Assembly: GCA_001938485.1 (NCBI GenBank)
Contig: MQRK01178639.1
Location: 1-51,103 of the forward strand
Source of the DNA: Girardia tigrina
Taxonomy: Eukaryota
Direction: 5' to 3'
Length of the DNA stretch: 51,103 nt
Each line of letters begins with the position of its first letter. The first letter of the stretch is position 1. This document shows positions 48,891 through 51,103 of the stretch, piece by piece. A program made the position numbers and the translations under genes. The notes under the pieces are model-generated. The model was not told the origin of the DNA, made no database searches, and saw nothing but the letters and a program-made list of their open reading frames with translations.

Positions 48891-49070
48891 ATGCAAATTT
48901 TCGTGAAAACGCTCACTGGTACAACGATTACTTTGGAAGTAGAATCAAGTGATACAATCGAAAATGTGAAAACAAAAATTCAAGATAAAGAAGGAATTCC
49001 TCTCGATCAACAAACATTAATTTTCGCTGGAAAACCATTAGAAAACGGTCGAACATTATCCTATTATAAT
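48891..49070 (+). pseudogene. Truncated, diverged ubiquitin (residues 1-60)
   Basis: [37 protein letters not shown]...; homology ends after YN and LRLRGG is absent. Confidence 0.9.
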
Positions 49071-49251
49071 ACTTATTTTAAATATCGGATTCGAAATTAC
49101 AATTGTGTGAAAAATTATTTATATTTAGATGTTTATAATCTCTAAAAAACCTAGGAAAGAGGTTTGTGTCAATTGACCGAATCCCAAAAGACCGAAATTT
49201 ATTATTAAGAAATTTATTTTTCTAAAATACAATAAATTTTAAATTAGTTTT

Positions 49252-49620
49252 TAGAGGAATATTTTTTTAATGTTTTGTCTTTGTATGTTGTACTACGTTA
49301 TTTTTTCTTTTAAATTGAGATATTTTTATTTTGAATTGAGATTTTTTCATTTAAAATTAAGAATATTTCATTTTCTTTATTTTTATAATTATTAACCATC
49401 CTTTTGTGTCAATATTGTCGTTTTTTTGTCTGCTGGTTAGATTGGTGACTCTCCTACTCAAATGGGATTGATATGTTATTGATTACTTATTTAAATATAA
49501 TGAGATTAATGTTTAAATACTAAAGAATTAAAAGTTTTATCATTAGAAATTTTGATAATACTATATTGAATTTAATATAATTTAAAAACTAATGTTTATT
49601 TTAAAATTTACTTAATGCAT
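49252..49620 (+). mobile_element. Eroded LTR of the TGTGAGGAATATT family
   Basis: gaggaatattt ... ctctcctactcaaatggga matches the two conserved LTR boxes. Confidence 0.45.
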
Positions 49621-50419
49621 TTTTATGCAATAAAATTTTCAGAAATTAAAAGTTATCATTATTTATATCTCAGAGTTGGCTTAAATGATCTTAAACTTAG
49701 GTAGTTCTTGAACTTAAAGATCTTCATCCCTAATCACTGTTAACAGATGATAAAAAGCTGAGAGGTTAGTGTGAAAGGATTCTAGAATGTGTCCATTATT
49801 GATGCTATTAGTAAAAGGGTGCTAAAAGATCTAGTCTATTTTTGGGTAGATCCTTGAGCACAAAAATAATAAATAAAATAAATAAATACTAGTTGAATAA
49901 AACACACAATATATAATTTATAAATAACAGAACAGAAAGAAAAAAATTGACTATGAAAAATTGACTATCACAAGTAATAAAGAGAGGCTTTAGGAAGAAA
50001 AATATGATAAAATAATTACTTCGAAATAATGAAGTGTTTCGCTAAATAATGTCGTTTTACTTCAGGAATAATAAATTTCTCCAACAAAATGTTACGCAAA
50101 TATCGAAATATTGGATACCAGATATTGTTGAATGTCGGAAATGAATTGCACAAAATGGATTGTTGAATGGATTTAACGTTGAAATAATTATTGAACAATC
50201 CCTGAATAAAATTTCTTGTTCGAATAACAACAAAATAAATTATCCCAATCAGTCTAATACAGAAAAATATCTTTGGCTCATCATGTTTTCAGATTATTAA
50301 TATATTTTTTGATTATTGATTTTTTTTTAATTAATAATCTATATTTGTACGAAATTTAAAAAATAATGGCCATTTTTTATTAAAATCAAGAACACCGTCA
50401 AAATCAAATTTTATTGTCG

Positions 50420-50620
50420 CAATATATTTCGGTGGACATTGCTGGACATATGAAAATTTGTAAATCGGAAGTGAAAACAACTAATTTTAAAATATGGTGC
50501 AGTAATTTTAAAAATTATTGGGAAAGAGTTGCTTTAGAGGCTTTATTGATTAAATCACTTAATCCGTCCATTAATGTACAAACAAGTCTCTCTTCCAATT
50601 TTTTGAAAATATTTAATTAG
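50420..50620 (+). mobile_element. Penelope-like GIY-YIG C-terminal fragment
   Basis: NFKIWCSNFKNYWERVALEALLIKSLNPSINVQ. Confidence 0.8.
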
Positions 50621-51103
50621 TTATTACGCAAGATGCTTACATAATCTTCAATTTGATATATATAATAGGGTGAGTCGAAAATTTTTTTTCTCCAAACATG
50701 CCTAAAAAGTTGTGCTTATGCTAGAAAATGAAATATCCGTGCAAAAGACTGCTGTTTAAAAGGGTTTACAGGTCCCAACTTTTGTTTGTATGTATTAGTA
50801 CTATCCNNNNNNNNNNNNNNNNNNNNNNNNNATTGTAAATTCATCCTGCAAGCAGTCACACGCTTGCAGAAAGACCATTTTTGACATGCTCTATTCACAA
50901 GTCCAAGCTAACGCGTACATGTATAGAGAGGTTAATTCACGGAAGCATGTGAGCGTGAAATTTTTTACAGGGATAATGTATTCAACATTGATTTTCCTTA
51001 CACAGTAATTCCTTTTGGCTAGCAATGGCGACTCCCGCTTATCAATATCAGTGTCAAAGTCTGTATTATCAATGTCCAACGGAATTTGTTGCCAACTGTT
51101 GCG

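Noticed and set aside
50666-51103. Short minus-strand ORFs at the window end
   Set aside because: Interrupted by stops and a gap, with no recognisable motif.

Overview
A very AT-rich, gappy (N-runs) eukaryotic scaffold. An animal-type 18S fragment and 35-50 nt GT-AG introns suggest a reduced, possibly parasitic, invertebrate (inference only). Most of the window is decayed transposons: Ty3/gypsy elements and solo LTRs with 5-bp TSDs, Penelope-like elements (one with a minimal hammerhead motif), and MULE, mariner/Tc1, hAT, Chapaev3 and MITE remnants. Host-type genes are: three copies of an intronless 266-aa orphan type I membrane protein; a 4-exon p24/TMED GOLD-domain gene spread over 9.2 kb; an orphan exon at 5.8-6.6 kb; and PP1, ubiquitin and 18S pseudogene fragments. 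The best candidate for an undescribed system is the membrane-protein triplet. It has a conserved upstream region and framework, indel-free hypervariable blocks and a gene-conversion-like mosaic between two inverted copies, as expected for a variant surface antigen or receptor family. All alignments and counts were done by eye; no database searches were run.
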